Shown piece by piece: positions 38,483-50,078 of a DNA stretch of 61,161 nucleotides (its first letter is position 1; every line of letters begins with the position of its first letter). Origin of the DNA: Promethearchaeota archaeon Loki_b32 (lineage in GTDB: Archaea; Asgardarchaeota; Lokiarchaeia; Sigyniarchaeales; SOKP01); contig NJBH01000023.1 of the NCBI GenBank assembly GCA_005223125.1, positions 1-61,161 on the forward strand, read 5' to 3'. The notes under the pieces were generated by a model. It had not been told where the DNA came from. It did no database searches and worked only from the letters and a program-made list of their open reading frames with translations. Made by a program: the position numbers and the translations under genes.

Positions 38483-40192
38483 TTATATTAATTTTTCAGC
38501 AACATCAACGTCTTTTCTAGTATGAATCTCAAACCATCCTTTATGAACTTCCAATATATCCACTCTGAACCCTCTATCTATCACTTCTTGTATAAGATCT
38601 ATAAAAGATGCTTTATTAAATGAATCGGCCTCATGAAAATTCCCTTTATGGTTCAAATTGCACTCATTATATATCCTTCTAATGATCTCAACCCCATATT
38701 CTGAGAAGTATGCGATTCCAGTAAATTCATAATCTGCCATGTCCATATTAATTGTTCTTCCAATTCTTATAATTTCATTTTCCACTTGGTATAAATCCCT
38801 TGTTTGTTCGCTTGGTTTATTTTTTGTTAAAATAAGTTCAAGATTTTTATCAATCTTATGTTTATGATATGTATAAGAATTATCTAAAACCAAAATAATA
38901 TCTCCTTTTGATATAAGCAGATTTTTTATTATTTTTTCATTGAACAGAATATCGGAATAAATAAATATGAATCCACCCTCCATTTCCTCTTCGGCTTTAA
39001 AGAGAGAATGTAAAATGTAATATTTATCATATTCTTCATTATTAATGTATTTTACCCCATCGACATTAAATTCTTCTTTTTTAAATCCTCTAATAACAAT
39101 TATTTCACTGATACCACAATTTTTTAACGTTTCTATTTGCCTTTGGAGAACAGGTTTACCCTTTAAGATAGTCATTGCTTTTGGAATTTCAAATTCTGGA
39201 TCTGCACCAGCAGCAGGAATTATAACTTTTATAGTGCCTTTAATATATTTCATATCTTTTTCTTTGACATCCAAAAACCCCACATCTTTAAAAACCGTTT
39301 TCACAGGGCTACACATAGCTTCTGCTTCAAAAGCTCTTTTATTTCTTAAAATGATCGAAGCTGTTTCCTTCATTGCCTTATGAGCCGCTCGTAACAGGTG
39401 ATTAGCATAAATTACAATGTTAAAACCATGATCTTTTAATTCATCCTCAGTAATTGTATTATAAGTAGTGGGAACGCATACTAATGGCTTTCTATCCCCT
39501 AACTCCTTTGATAGCTTTTCATATTCATTAGCAAAATCGAATATCTCTTTTGGATTGATATTTTTAGAATGAATCATAATTCCATCTGCACCTGCTAATA
39601 GATACTTTTTTGCTCTATAAATAGCATCTTTTAATCCTGCACCTGAAATTAAACTTTCAATCCGAGCTATAAGCATAAAATCGTTTGAGATTTGGACTTC
39701 CTTACCCCTTTTGATTTTCGTAGCAAAAACATCTGGATCTTCCTGATCTTGAATTGTACCACTTTCTAGACTATTTCTCTTTGGAAATTTTTTATCCTCA
39801 ATAATAACCATTGAAACGCCCATATCTTCTAAGGATCTTATAAAATATTCGAATTTCGCAGCTTCACCACCAGTATCACCGTCAATAATAATAGGCTTAT
39901 TTGAACTGTTTAAAACTTGTCTGATTGTTTCATATCGAGATTCAACTCCGATAATTTCAATATCAGGATATCCTTTTGAAGCGCTATCTGTGAAACTACT
40001 AAACCAGAAACCATCAAATTCGAGAATTTCGTCTCTAACGTTCTCCTTAATATTATTAGCAATAATAGCGCTAAGTCCATTGTGAGTTTCTAGAATTCTT
40101 ACAAAACCCTTGTTAATAAGCAATTTTTTCAAAATACTCCTTCTATCATTAGGTAAGATTCTCCCTTTTAATTTTAATTCCATCCTTATCAC
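38483..40192 (-). CDS. aepX: Phosphoenolpyruvate mutase fused to a C-terminal nucleotidyltransferase
   Basis: PEP-mutase signature EDKKFPKRNS (EDK-X5-NS), DGDTG, ARIES, VPTTY, YANH; C-terminal IPAAG...YSDILF...W.EI. Confidence 0.95.
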   Translation of the reverse strand: MIRMELKLKGRILPNDRRSILKKLLINKGFVRILETHNGLSAIIANNIKENVRDEILEFDGFWFSSFTDSASKGYPDIEIIGVESRYETIRQVLNSSNKPIIIDGDTGGEAAKFEYFIRSLEDMGVSMVIIEDKKFPKRNSLESGTIQDQEDPDVFATKIKRGKEVQISNDFMLIARIESLISGAGLKDAIYRAKKYLLAGADGIMIHSKNINPKEIFDFANEYEKLSKELGDRKPLVCVPTTYNTITEDELKDHGFNIVIYANHLLRAAHKAMKETASIILRNKRAFEAEAMCSPVKTVFKDVGFLDVKEKDMKYIKGTIKVIIPAAGADPEFEIPKAMTILKGKPVLQRQIETLKNCGISEIIVIRGFKKEEFNVDGVKYINNEEYDKYYILHSLFKAEEEMEGGFIFIYSDILFNEKIIKNLLISKGDIILVLDNSYTYHKHKIDKNLELILTKNKPSEQTRDLYQVENEIIRIGRTINMDMADYEFTGIAYFSEYGVEIIRRIYNECNLNHKGNFHEADSFNKASFIDLIQEVIDRGFRVDILEVHKGWFEIHTRKDVDVAEKLI

Positions 40193-40373
40193 TTTAATTT
40201 ATTTTAATTACTAGATTTAATGTGAAATACTGATACAAGTTTATTTTTGAATAATCTCGAACTCATAATTAATAAAGTCTTCATAAATTAAATACTTAAA
40301 TGTAACAAGTTTAATTAGCTTTTCCTATTCAAAAAATAGCTAATACTAAAAATAAAAAAAATAGAATTGAATT

Positions 40374-41687
40374 TTAAATATATTCTTTTCTCTCTGGCAT
40401 ACTTTTCCAATCTAATAATAGGACTAATCCCCCTATTAATGCAACTATAATCCAGAGTAAAAAAGCAGCTTCGGAACCCGCAGTATCAATAAGAGCTCCT
40501 GATGTAAAAGATGTAATTGCAGCGCCAATATATCCCCATCCATCAATAAACCCAGTAGCAGCAGAAGCAGCTTTTCTTGTGCCAAACTCCATTGGTATAG
40601 TAGCAACTAGAAGAGCATGAGGTCCAAAATTTAAAAATCCAATTAAAAGTAATACTGGAATTCCAAAAACAATATCAAGTGGGGGCAACAATGTATAAAT
40701 AACCAATGTTAATGATAGCGCAAAAAATAGGGCACAAATCACAGGCATTCTTCTTTTTCCGGCAAATTTATCAGAAATCCAAGCACCAACAATAACTCCA
40801 ATTGTACCACCTATTGGATAGAAAATAGATTTCCATATTGGAAAAAATCCTGCACCTGTAATTTCAGGACTTAAGAGATATGGTAACCAATCTGTTAATC
40901 CGTATCTTACCATATTCAAACAAAATAACCCAAAAGAAGCAAAAAGAACAGTTTTTGTCTTAATGATTGTACCAATTGTGTATTTAAAGCCCACAAAATC
41001 ATCTTCACGACACTCACCCATTACAATTTTCCCATCGCATTCCTCTTCCAATGTTGGTAAGCCAACTTCTTCAGGAGCATTTCTACCTCGTAAATAAAAA
41101 TGTATCGCCATGAAAAGCATTATAATTCCAGGGAAGATGAAAGAAAATCTCCAATTTAAGCTGAGTGTGTCAGTGATTAAAATTGCTATAAACCATGATA
41201 CTACACCTCCAAGTAAATATGAAGTAGCGAGTCTACTGGACCATTTTCCTCTCTCGTCTGGAGGATGCCAATTGGCTATGGTTTTAACTGAAGGTGCCCA
41301 TCCCATTGATTGAAAATATCCATTTAAACCCCATAACAGAAATATAAGCCAAAGAAAATCAAAGGCTACTCCCATAAATAAATTTATGACTGAAGAAACA
41401 ATCAAACCAATGGTTATAAACCGTCTTGCCCCTATCTTATCCCCTAAAAAACCATTAACAAATTGCCCAAAAGCATAAGCCAAGAAAAAGGTAGTTCCAA
41501 CAAATCCCATTACTGTTGCTGAAATCCCATATTCAGGCATAAGATGGGGTTTTGCAATGGAGAGATTAGTACGTCCGATATAATATATCATATAAGTAAT
41601 CCAAACTGTAAAAAATATCCGCATCCTCCATTGTTTAAATTTTTCTTTTACTTCAGTTTCACTAGCAGTGTTTTCAATTTCGCTCAT
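40374..41687 (-). CDS. OPA-family MFS organophosphate:Pi antiporter (GlpT/UhpC-like)
   Basis: YYIGR.N.S.A, GYFQSMGW.P.......W....ERG, GRNAPEEVGL, ATGFIDG.GYIG. Confidence 0.88.
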   Translation of the reverse strand: MSEIENTASETEVKEKFKQWRMRIFFTVWITYMIYYIGRTNLSIAKPHLMPEYGISATVMGFVGTTFFLAYAFGQFVNGFLGDKIGARRFITIGLIVSSVINLFMGVAFDFLWLIFLLWGLNGYFQSMGWAPSVKTIANWHPPDERGKWSSRLATSYLLGGVVSWFIAILITDTLSLNWRFSFIFPGIIMLFMAIHFYLRGRNAPEEVGLPTLEEECDGKIVMGECREDDFVGFKYTIGTIIKTKTVLFASFGLFCLNMVRYGLTDWLPYLLSPEITGAGFFPIWKSIFYPIGGTIGVIVGAWISDKFAGKRRMPVICALFFALSLTLVIYTLLPPLDIVFGIPVLLLIGFLNFGPHALLVATIPMEFGTRKAASAATGFIDGWGYIGAAITSFTSGALIDTAGSEAAFLLWIIVALIGGLVLLLDWKSMPERKEYI

Positions 41688-41702
41688 TTTTTTTTCCTAA
41701 TT

Positions 41703-42467
41703 TTATATTTTTCCTTTTTTAATTAATTGTTTAGCATATTCATAATCTTCATCTGTATCCAACTCAACCCAATTTCCTTGAATATCTACAGAATAAATAG
41801 GATATCCTCTATTAATAAGTTCTTCAAACATATCTGTTAAGTATGCTTTATCGAAAGTTGTGGCGTCATGAAAACGTCCATCATACTTACACGTTTTATT
41901 ATACTTTGCACGGTTATAATTACGTGTAAGGATTTCTGCTCCTTTTTTAGAAATCTTGCCTAAACCTATGAATTCTCCATAGGCAACATCAGGATTAAAA
42001 AATTTTGAAAGACGAGTTACTTTTCCATCAACAACGCAAGCTAACTCTGCTTCGTCTGTGGGATGTTTTGTTCGATTTTCATATCTTATTCTCCAATCTC
42101 TATCAATTATAAGATTAAAATCATGTGGAGCATCTAAGAGTTTTTGAACAACTTTTTTATTATAAAGGATATCTGAGTATGTAAATATAAACTCTTCGTC
42201 CAATTCTGGTTCCGCGTAAAAAAGAGATTCAAGAATATTATTGTTATAATAATTATCATTGTCATAATACTTGATATTTGGTAGATTAATTGTTTCTTTC
42301 TGATATCCACGAATAATGACAATATCATTAATACCACAACTATAAAAAACCTCTAGAATCCTATCAAGAATTGTTATTCCTTCAATTTCTAATAAGCATT
42401 TGGGTTTATATTCTGTAAAGGGTCGTAATCTAGTACTTGGTCCTGCTGCGATGATTATAGCTTTCAT
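41703..42467 (-). CDS. LicC/PntC-like cytidylyltransferase
   Basis: KAIIIAAG..TRL.P.T...PKCL, GYQ, NNIL.SL, YSDI, W.ELDT.EDY. Confidence 0.88.
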   Translation of the reverse strand: MKAIIIAAGPSTRLRPFTEYKPKCLLEIEGITILDRILEVFYSCGINDIVIIRGYQKETINLPNIKYYDNDNYYNNNILESLFYAEPELDEEFIFTYSDILYNKKVVQKLLDAPHDFNLIIDRDWRIRYENRTKHPTDEAELACVVDGKVTRLSKFFNPDVAYGEFIGLGKISKKGAEILTRNYNRAKYNKTCKYDGRFHDATTFDKAYLTDMFEELINRGYPIYSVDIQGNWVELDTDEDYEYAKQLIKKGKI

Positions 42468-42629
42468 TTGCTAAAACTTCCATGTTTAATTTATGTTTTA
42501 ACTCTATTTACAATAAATAGTTTTATATAAAAATTGTAGATTTTATTAATTTCTTTCGGAAATATATAGAGTTCACATATTACAAAAATGTTAAAATAAT
42601 TAATCGAAATATAATAGGAAATTTAAATT

Positions 42630-44135
42630 CTAATTGTAATATTTTCTTAAATGCTTATTAAAATAAAGAGGAAAATATAAAATCCAAACTAAAATTTCTT
42701 TCCATCTTTGAAAGAGTTGATTTCTTCTAACAATAATTGATTTTATAACAAATCTTAAGTATCCTGTTTTATTCCACTGATCTGATACATCAGATAATTC
42801 AGTATCTAGAATTAAGTAATTTTTTGAAATGTTCTTATATTTCTTTATTAATTTTTTTAACCCATAACCAGTTAATCTGTTGAAAAAAAGAATAGTTGTA
42901 ACATCTTGTATTTGAGAGGTATTTCTATTGATTATATCATGTTGATTGATTACAACATTTTTTGCTTTTAGTGTTTCTCGTAAATATTTTACTAGAGTAG
43001 GGGGAAATTGGTCAGGCATTAAAATAGTTTTAGATTTTAGTTTAGGCAATATACTATGATTATATAATGAATCCAAAGTTGATTTGAAATTATCATAAGC
43101 TTTTGATTCTGTATCTAAATAAAAATTATATAATTCATTGTAAATTTCAGGAAATTTTTCCTTAATATCTTTTTCTTCCAGCTTGTCATTAGCAAGGTTA
43201 AATAATGAAAACTTTCCATTATCATTGAGTAATTTCCAATCACCTTTGGTTATCATAGTCTTCTTTATTGATTGAAACATTAAATAACAATCACCTCTTA
43301 CCTTTCTTTCACTATTAACATCGATATCATTCTCTATCAATGGTTTGAATGAAATGGAATGTCTATCATGTTCAGTTTCAATATTTAAGTAATTTAAAAT
43401 AGTTTCCAGTATATCTATTAGATATACTCTCTTATATATTGTTCTAAATGTTGCAGTTGTTAAAATTGATGGAATTCTTATGAATAAAGCTGGTTGCATT
43501 GAAGATTGATGTATATCATCAAAATGTAATAGTTTTGTTTTTTTGTATAGAATTTTGTCATAATATCCATGATCAGAATTAAGAATAAATATAGAATTGT
43601 TCCAAAAATTATTCTTCTTTAAAAATTGAATAATCTTTCTAATATATCGGTCAACTTGAGGGTCACTAGGTCTAAAGAATATGAAATATAGATTTTTTTC
43701 CTTTGATTTTATATGCTCAACTTTTTCCATAAACAGATCATAAATTTCTTTCGCATCTAACCAATGGTCTCCTTGATACATCTCTTCGATATAATAAGGA
43801 TTGAGAATATCCTTTAGAACAATTACCTGCTCTCTACCAAATATAATGGATTCAATATTATATCCTTCTTGTTTTAAAGGATAAATACTATTATTTAATT
43901 CTAAACTTGGAAGGTTCTCTATTGATCGATAATAATCAGGGAATATATAATAGGGAAATCTACCAGTTAAAAATGAAAGAAGAGATAAATTTGTTGAAGG
44001 AAATTGAGAAACACAGTCTTCAAAATATAATCCTTCTTTATTCTTTTTTAGTTTTTTATATATTGGAAGCAACCCATGCAGATCAGATCTTTCATAATTA
44101 CAGATTGAATCAGTGACTATCCAAAAAATATTCAT
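42630..44135 (-). CDS. Alkaline-phosphatase/sulfatase superfamily protein (possible phospho(no)-transferase or hydrolase)
   Basis: NIFWIVTDS, PST..S..S.LTG..P, NSDHG, LFNL..D..E. Confidence 0.75.
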   Translation of the reverse strand: MNIFWIVTDSICNYERSDLHGLLPIYKKLKKNKEGLYFEDCVSQFPSTNLSLLSFLTGRFPYYIFPDYYRSIENLPSLELNNSIYPLKQEGYNIESIIFGREQVIVLKDILNPYYIEEMYQGDHWLDAKEIYDLFMEKVEHIKSKEKNLYFIFFRPSDPQVDRYIRKIIQFLKKNNFWNNSIFILNSDHGYYDKILYKKTKLLHFDDIHQSSMQPALFIRIPSILTTATFRTIYKRVYLIDILETILNYLNIETEHDRHSISFKPLIENDIDVNSERKVRGDCYLMFQSIKKTMITKGDWKLLNDNGKFSLFNLANDKLEEKDIKEKFPEIYNELYNFYLDTESKAYDNFKSTLDSLYNHSILPKLKSKTILMPDQFPPTLVKYLRETLKAKNVVINQHDIINRNTSQIQDVTTILFFNRLTGYGLKKLIKKYKNISKNYLILDTELSDVSDQWNKTGYLRFVIKSIIVRRNQLFQRWKEILVWILYFPLYFNKHLRKYYN

Positions 44136-44278
44136 TGGGGTACCTTTTTTAATATCTATTTTAATGTTTTTAATTATTTGAGTATAAATGCATTTAATGA
44201 TTAATTAAATGATAAAAATTTATTGCATCATGCTTAACTCTTAAAATTATTATTCTAACTTAATTACTCACTATTCTA

Positions 44279-45388
44279 TTATTGCAAACATTTTTCATAT
44301 GTATCTAAAACAGTTTGTGCGCTCTTTTTCCAGGAAAATTTCTTGACTCTTTCAAAACCCTTATTTATTAGATTATTCCGTAAATTTGTATCATTAATTA
44401 TCTGAATAATTTTATTCGCAAGTTCACTTGGATCTCTGTTATCATTTAAAATTAGGGCAGCATCTCCTACAACTTCTGGGATAGCAAAAGCATTTGATGT
44501 AATAACCGGGCAACCACAAGCCATAGCTTCTATATTGGGTATACCAAATCCTTCGAAAAATGATGGAAATACAAAAACTTCAGCTAAATTTAAAAGCTCA
44601 ATAATTTCTTCTCGAGAAATAAAGCCTGTAAAAATAATATCTTTAAGTATATTCTTCTTTTTGACAAATTCAACTACTTTTTGATTTTTCCATCCTTTCC
44701 CTCCCAAAACAAATTTTAGATCAAATTTTTTTTCTTTTAGAATTTGAAATGCATTTAGCATTGTCCAAGGGTTTTTTCTCACAGAATATTTACTCAAATG
44801 AAAAATAAAAGGTTTATCTATTCCAAATTTTTTTTTGGCTTTTATTGGATTATCTTTATATTTTTTGAAATCCTTGTCTACAGAGCTATGAGTAAAAAAG
44901 ATTTTATCTTTTTTCACATGGTATTGATTAGTAATAAAAAATTTACCCGCTTTTGAACCCACAAATATGTAATCCATTTTTCGAATATAAAATGGCTTAA
45001 TAATTCTTGAGTGCAACACTTTAATTTTAGAATATTGATATGGAAAATAGAATTGTGCTGCTCCTCCTCCATGGATTGAAGTAATTTTTTTTGGTTTTCT
45101 TAACCAAATAGGAGAGAATATAGTTATAGGATAAAAATGAAGAATATCAAATTTTTCCTTTATAAGCTTAATAGTTGCTAATAATGGATTTTTAGAAATA
45201 ATAAGTTGATCTGCTTTTTTATAAATTTCATTGTTATTTTTCGAGTAATGTATAAGTACAATATGAAATCTATCATTAATATTTAAAATATTATTAACTA
45301 ATTGTCTTAAATAACTACCACTTCCACTTGTTCCTTGATCTATTGGTTTTGTAAAAATCCCTACTTTTGGCCGGTTATTTGATTTCAA
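44279..45388 (-). CDS. GT4 glycosyltransferase
   Basis: FVFPS..EGFGIP.IEAMACGCPVI.S. Confidence 0.93.
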   Translation of the reverse strand: MKSNNRPKVGIFTKPIDQGTSGSGSYLRQLVNNILNINDRFHIVLIHYSKNNNEIYKKADQLIISKNPLLATIKLIKEKFDILHFYPITIFSPIWLRKPKKITSIHGGGAAQFYFPYQYSKIKVLHSRIIKPFYIRKMDYIFVGSKAGKFFITNQYHVKKDKIFFTHSSVDKDFKKYKDNPIKAKKKFGIDKPFIFHLSKYSVRKNPWTMLNAFQILKEKKFDLKFVLGGKGWKNQKVVEFVKKKNILKDIIFTGFISREEIIELLNLAEVFVFPSFFEGFGIPNIEAMACGCPVITSNAFAIPEVVGDAALILNDNRDPSELANKIIQIINDTNLRNNLINKGFERVKKFSWKKSAQTVLDTYEKCLQ

Positions 45389-45417
45389 CTTTATTTTAAC
45401 ATTTCTTTGATTTGTAA

Positions 45418-46293
45418 TTAATCATATATATTCGCAGATTGAAAAATCTTGATAATATCCTTTTCAAACGTTTTAAATTTAATAATTATAAATGATGTAA
45501 ATACAATAAACATAAAAATAGTATAAACTATCATAATAAGTTCTAATATCTGTAAATAACCAAAATTCATATATAATATGAAGCCAATGAAAAATACCGT
45601 TATAATGATATAAGGATGACTAAAAGCATTAACAAGATTAATAATTAAACCTTTTATAGATTTAATAAATCCTTTTTTTGACGATTGTAATTCGTTACTT
45701 TCTACTTTTTGATTAATAATATTTCTGATTTCACTCTTTGTAGACGCTATAATGGCTATCTTACGGATTACTCTTACTCCTAATAAAAGGTAAGACGCTA
45801 CTGCTCCTAAAATTATGTATAGAAATTCTGTATTAATATTATAAATACTATAACCAATGGCAAAGAAAAACCATCCCAGAAAGATTAAATGTCCTATCTC
45901 ATCGTAATAAATTCCTCGCAATGAAATTTGTTTTTTATACCTTGCAATCTCCCCGTCTACTTCATCAGAAAGATAATATAGATATAATAATATAAAACCA
46001 AGGATAATGAAAAAGTTACTACCTAACCCAATCAATAATAATCCTATTAAACCAATTACAATTCCGAAAACTGTAACAAAATTTGCAGTAATTGGGGTTT
46101 TTACTAATATCCAGGTGATAAAAGGAGAGATAAAGTGAGCAGGAGAGTGCCACCAAGCCTTTTTTCTTTTTGTTCTTTCTAATTTTTTTCCTTGAGCGAT
46201 CCTTTTGAATTCTTTAAATTTCATCTTACATTTTAAAAACATTTTAATTTGTAATATCCTTACAAATTTTTTGAAAAATAAATTATTTATCAA
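45418..46293 (-). CDS. CDP-alcohol phosphatidyltransferase family protein
   Basis: TANFVT, D..DGEIAR...S..G...D...H. Confidence 0.88.
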   Translation of the reverse strand: MINNLFFKKFVRILQIKMFLKCKMKFKEFKRIAQGKKLERTKRKKAWWHSPAHFISPFITWILVKTPITANFVTVFGIVIGLIGLLLIGLGSNFFIILGFILLYLYYLSDEVDGEIARYKKQISLRGIYYDEIGHLIFLGWFFFAIGYSIYNINTEFLYIILGAVASYLLLGVRVIRKIAIIASTKSEIRNIINQKVESNELQSSKKGFIKSIKGLIINLVNAFSHPYIIITVFFIGFILYMNFGYLQILELIMIVYTIFMFIVFTSFIIIKFKTFEKDIIKIFQSANIYD

Positions 46294-46563
46294 AATCTTC
46301 GAATCATAAATATAATTCGAAACTCATAATTTTTTATTAAAATGAATAAAAGAGGTCATAGATTTTTTACTTTTAATATGAAACCCCGAAACATTGAGAA
46401 ATAGCTACCTAAAGATAATACAGAGTACAAAAATTTAGCTACTAATACATTTTACTCCATTTTAAAGAAATTCTGCGAGCAATGATAAACTTTTTTAGGT
46501 AGTTTAAATTACCAACTACAATCATTATGTAAAATATTTTAATTCTTTATATATAGGTCAAAA

Positions 46564-47232
46564 ATGAATAATAGAGTTTTTATTTTGTGTGCTGGAGAAT
46601 CCACCAGATTTGGAGGCAAACCAAAACAATTGATTAAAATAGCTGGGGAAGAAATTTTAAGACGAATTATAAGATTTTTAAAGCAATATGATAGAATTAG
46701 CGAAATTTTTATTATAACCCATCGTGATGATATTAGAAACAATATAAAAGAATTAAATGACAATACAATATACTTTATAAACCCATCAAAAAGGAGATAT
46801 ACGCTTGAGTCGATGCTATCCACCCAAGATGAATGGGTTGATAGAAATATTATTTTACTTGGAGATGTTATATTTTCTAAAAATGCTTTAGAAAAAATAT
46901 TAAATTCTAAGAAAGATTTTTGCTTTTTTGGAAGAACCAAGCCTTATAAATCTACCAACAAAATAGAACAGGAGATCTATGGCATAAAGATCCCCTTTAG
47001 CGAAAAAGAAAGAAGAATAAAAGATTCTCTTGAAGCAATAGAAAAATCTATGGGAAAAAATAAGGGAAAGCTAAATAGTCTCTTTTCCTATTTAGAAAAA
47101 CAAGAGAAAAGCAAAGGGTTTTTTCGTGAAAAATATTGGTTTGAAATTAACGATACAACTGAAGATATTGATTCTAAAGAAGACTTAGAACAATTTAAGG
47201 AAAATATACTAGATAAAAATTTATTAGATTGA
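46564..47232 (+). CDS. Nucleotidyltransferase (LicC/MobA-like)
   Basis: ILCAGESTRFGG.PKQL, LLGDV, DID..EDL. Confidence 0.82.
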   Translation: MNNRVFILCAGESTRFGGKPKQLIKIAGEEILRRIIRFLKQYDRISEIFIITHRDDIRNNIKELNDNTIYFINPSKRRYTLESMLSTQDEWVDRNIILLGDVIFSKNALEKILNSKKDFCFFGRTKPYKSTNKIEQEIYGIKIPFSEKERRIKDSLEAIEKSMGKNKGKLNSLFSYLEKQEKSKGFFREKYWFEINDTTEDIDSKEDLEQFKENILDKNLLD

Positions 47233-47395
47233 AATTATAAGTCCGATTTAGCAAGATTATAATAATAATTTAAATTTAAAATAAATTTTTCTTCATAAAT
47301 TTCTTCTTAAAATCTTTAAATCATAAATTTAATTTGAAGGTTTAAATTTAGTTTTTTAAAATTGTTAAAATTATCACAAATTTTTCACCTTACTT

Positions 47396-49060
47396 ATGGC
47401 ACCTAGTGAAGCAGAGACAGAATTGTCAAATGCACATGATGAGTACAAAAAATTGGCGACAAATACTTTTTTTTCATTTCTAATAAATTATGGATCACAT
47501 TTTTTCACGTTTATATACTCATTTCTTTTAGCTCGCTTAATTACAGATCAAATTTGGGAATTTCTAATAATAGCAACTTCATTCATATCGATTATAGTAT
47601 TGATTACAACTTTATTACCTCCTGGTCTAAATTTTGCTTTGAATTATTATATTCCACGATATCTTGCTTTAAATCAAAAATCAATGATAAAATCATTAAT
47701 AAAAAATGCTATTCTAACAAAACTGATCTTTGTAATACCTGTTTATATTATTAGTATTATTGCTTTTTCGTATCTTACGGATATTTTCGCAATAACTTTA
47801 TCAAATAAGATATCTCTTCTATATATTTTATCTCCTTTGATAATAATTAATAGTTTTAATGTAATTTTAGCTGCAGTAAACAGAGGGTTTAGTAAATTCA
47901 ATTTTCTTTTTTCTTTATTAATAATAAAAAACGTGATTCACATACTTCCTTTATTGTTTTATTTTTTATTTGATTATAATATTGAAGTTGAATTAATTGC
48001 CATAATTGTTATGTTTTCAAGTTTAGTTCCATTTATAATAAATTTCTTAAGTGTAATTTTAAGGTATTTAAAAATCAAATCAGAAGGAAATAAAACAGAA
48101 GCATTTAAGGAAAGCTTTTCTAAAACATTCAAATATGGAAGCTATACAGGTTTGACAGATAATATCATGCGTTTTTGGAAAGAGATTCAACTTCAAGGAA
48201 TTTCTGTCTTTGAACCACTAGGGGTAGTAACAGGTTATAATATAGCTCTAAACTATCGTAGTTTATCCTCATATTCAGCGGCTTCATTTCGTTTTCCATT
48301 AATGACATCTTTTTCAGGATTATCTACTAAAGAGAAGTTTGATCAAGTAAATAAAATTTACAAAATAACTTATAGAGTAAATTTATTTTTATTATTAATC
48401 ATATCAGGAGTATTATTTTTTAGCGTAGATTTTGTATTAGATTTTGTGTTCCTTGAAGATCGTTTAATTTATTCAACTATCCTTAAGTTGGTTTTAATTG
48501 CAACGATATTTAGGATGTTTGGACAATTTTTACAAACACTATTAAACGCTCAGAATAAGGTAAAATTACCTCTTATTCTACAAATAACATACATGTTATA
48601 TATTATACCCCTATTCTTTATAGGATTGATATTCTTTGAAGGTATTAGGGTTGAAGTAGCAATAATTTTAGGATTAATTATTGGCAATATTATATCATTA
48701 GTTATTCAAATTTTAGCAACACATCGATTTGGAAATATTAAATTAAATATTAAAAGAATGGTTTTTCAATATTTAACATTTTTTATCCCATTAGGAATTA
48801 CGCTAATGTTAGAATCTGTTATCTTTAAAGAATTAAGTTTTAACATAATTCAGAATTTAGGTTTATCACTCTTTAAGAATTTTGATTTTTTATCTATTGG
48901 TGCTTTTGTTTTACTATTTATTTCAATGAATTTAATCTTAAAAACAGTGACGACAAACGATATTCAGCAGTTTGAATCATTTTTTGTCAATAAAGACAAA
49001 ACCTTGAATAAAATCGTGCTGAAAATTTTAAGTGTTTTGAAGAAAATAACAAGAGATTAA
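47396..49060 (+). CDS. Oligosaccharide flippase (Wzx/MOP superfamily)
   Basis: About 14 TM helices; LARL....; GL..AL..YI; G.YNIA. Confidence 0.82.
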   Translation: MAPSEAETELSNAHDEYKKLATNTFFSFLINYGSHFFTFIYSFLLARLITDQIWEFLIIATSFISIIVLITTLLPPGLNFALNYYIPRYLALNQKSMIKSLIKNAILTKLIFVIPVYIISIIAFSYLTDIFAITLSNKISLLYILSPLIIINSFNVILAAVNRGFSKFNFLFSLLIIKNVIHILPLLFYFLFDYNIEVELIAIIVMFSSLVPFIINFLSVILRYLKIKSEGNKTEAFKESFSKTFKYGSYTGLTDNIMRFWKEIQLQGISVFEPLGVVTGYNIALNYRSLSSYSAASFRFPLMTSFSGLSTKEKFDQVNKIYKITYRVNLFLLLIISGVLFFSVDFVLDFVFLEDRLIYSTILKLVLIATIFRMFGQFLQTLLNAQNKVKLPLILQITYMLYIIPLFFIGLIFFEGIRVEVAIILGLIIGNIISLVIQILATHRFGNIKLNIKRMVFQYLTFFIPLGITLMLESVIFKELSFNIIQNLGLSLFKNFDFLSIGAFVLLFISMNLILKTVTTNDIQQFESFFVNKDKTLNKIVLKILSVLKKITRD

Positions 49061-49119
49061 TAGTTTCAACCCATTTTGAGATCCTACATATAAATTCTAA
49101 TATTTTAACGCTCTACTTT

Positions 49120-50078
49120 CTATTTTTTTATCAACCAATTATAAGTTCTTTGCAATCCTTCATCAATATCAATTTTGGGTTGATAATTTAAAATATTTTT
49201 TGCTTTATTTATATCTGCATGAGTTATTTCCAAATCTCCTTTTTTCTTTTCTTTATAGTTAACTTTTTTAGGCTTATTAACAATATCATAAATTTTATTT
49301 ACTAATTGATTAATACTTTTGGATTAGACCAACCCAGGTTAAATGCTTGACCTGAAGATTCTCTTTTTTCAGAGGCTAATATTAAACCATTAATTATGTC
49401 GGAAATATAAGTAAAGTCTCTTAATTGTTCTCCATCTCCATATATCATTAATTCCTTATTCTGTAATACAAGATCGAAAAATTTCCCCGCAACCATATCT
49501 GGTCTTCCCCTTGGACCATAAACTGAGTAAAATCGAAGTGAAGTTATAGGTATAGAATATTCTCTAAAAAAATAATCAGCATAAATTTCACCACATAATT
49601 TTGATAAACCATATGGACATATCGAATTTTTTGGATGATCTTCATCTACAGGAGTATAAATTGGATTACCATAAACAGTAGAAGATGATGCATAAACAAG
49701 CTTTTTAATCCCTTTCTTTCGTACAAATTCCAAGAGATTTACAAAACCTCCTATATTATTTCTTGTAACTTGTACAGCGTTGAGCATTGAATATTGTACT
49801 CCGGCATGAGCAGCAAGATGGAAGATAATATCAATTTCATCTGCAATTTTGCCATAAATTGATTTATCCAATAAATCAACTTTAATTACTTTATAATCTT
49901 TTAAAATTTCATAATTTTGTGTAATACTTGCTAAATTTTCTTCTTTTCCTGAATAATAACATTGATTAAAATTATCTATTATCTCAATATAATTATTTTC
50001 TTGTATAAGGGTTTCAAAAAGATGCGTTCCAATAAAACCGGCTTCGCCTGCTATTAAAATATTTCTATTTTTTTTCAT
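49120..50078 (-). pseudogene. Nucleotide-sugar epimerase with a 1-nt frameshift near 49315
   Basis: The ORF stops at 49302, but the expected C-terminus (INQLV...GDLEITHADI.KAK..L.YQPK....EGL.RTY.W) continues in another frame to about 49120; altered Rossmann motif AGEAGFIG. Confidence 0.8.

Noticed and set aside
49300-49325. Hidden BHB intron at the epimerase frameshift
   Set aside because: The lesion is a net 1-nt loss with no extra sequence or hairpin
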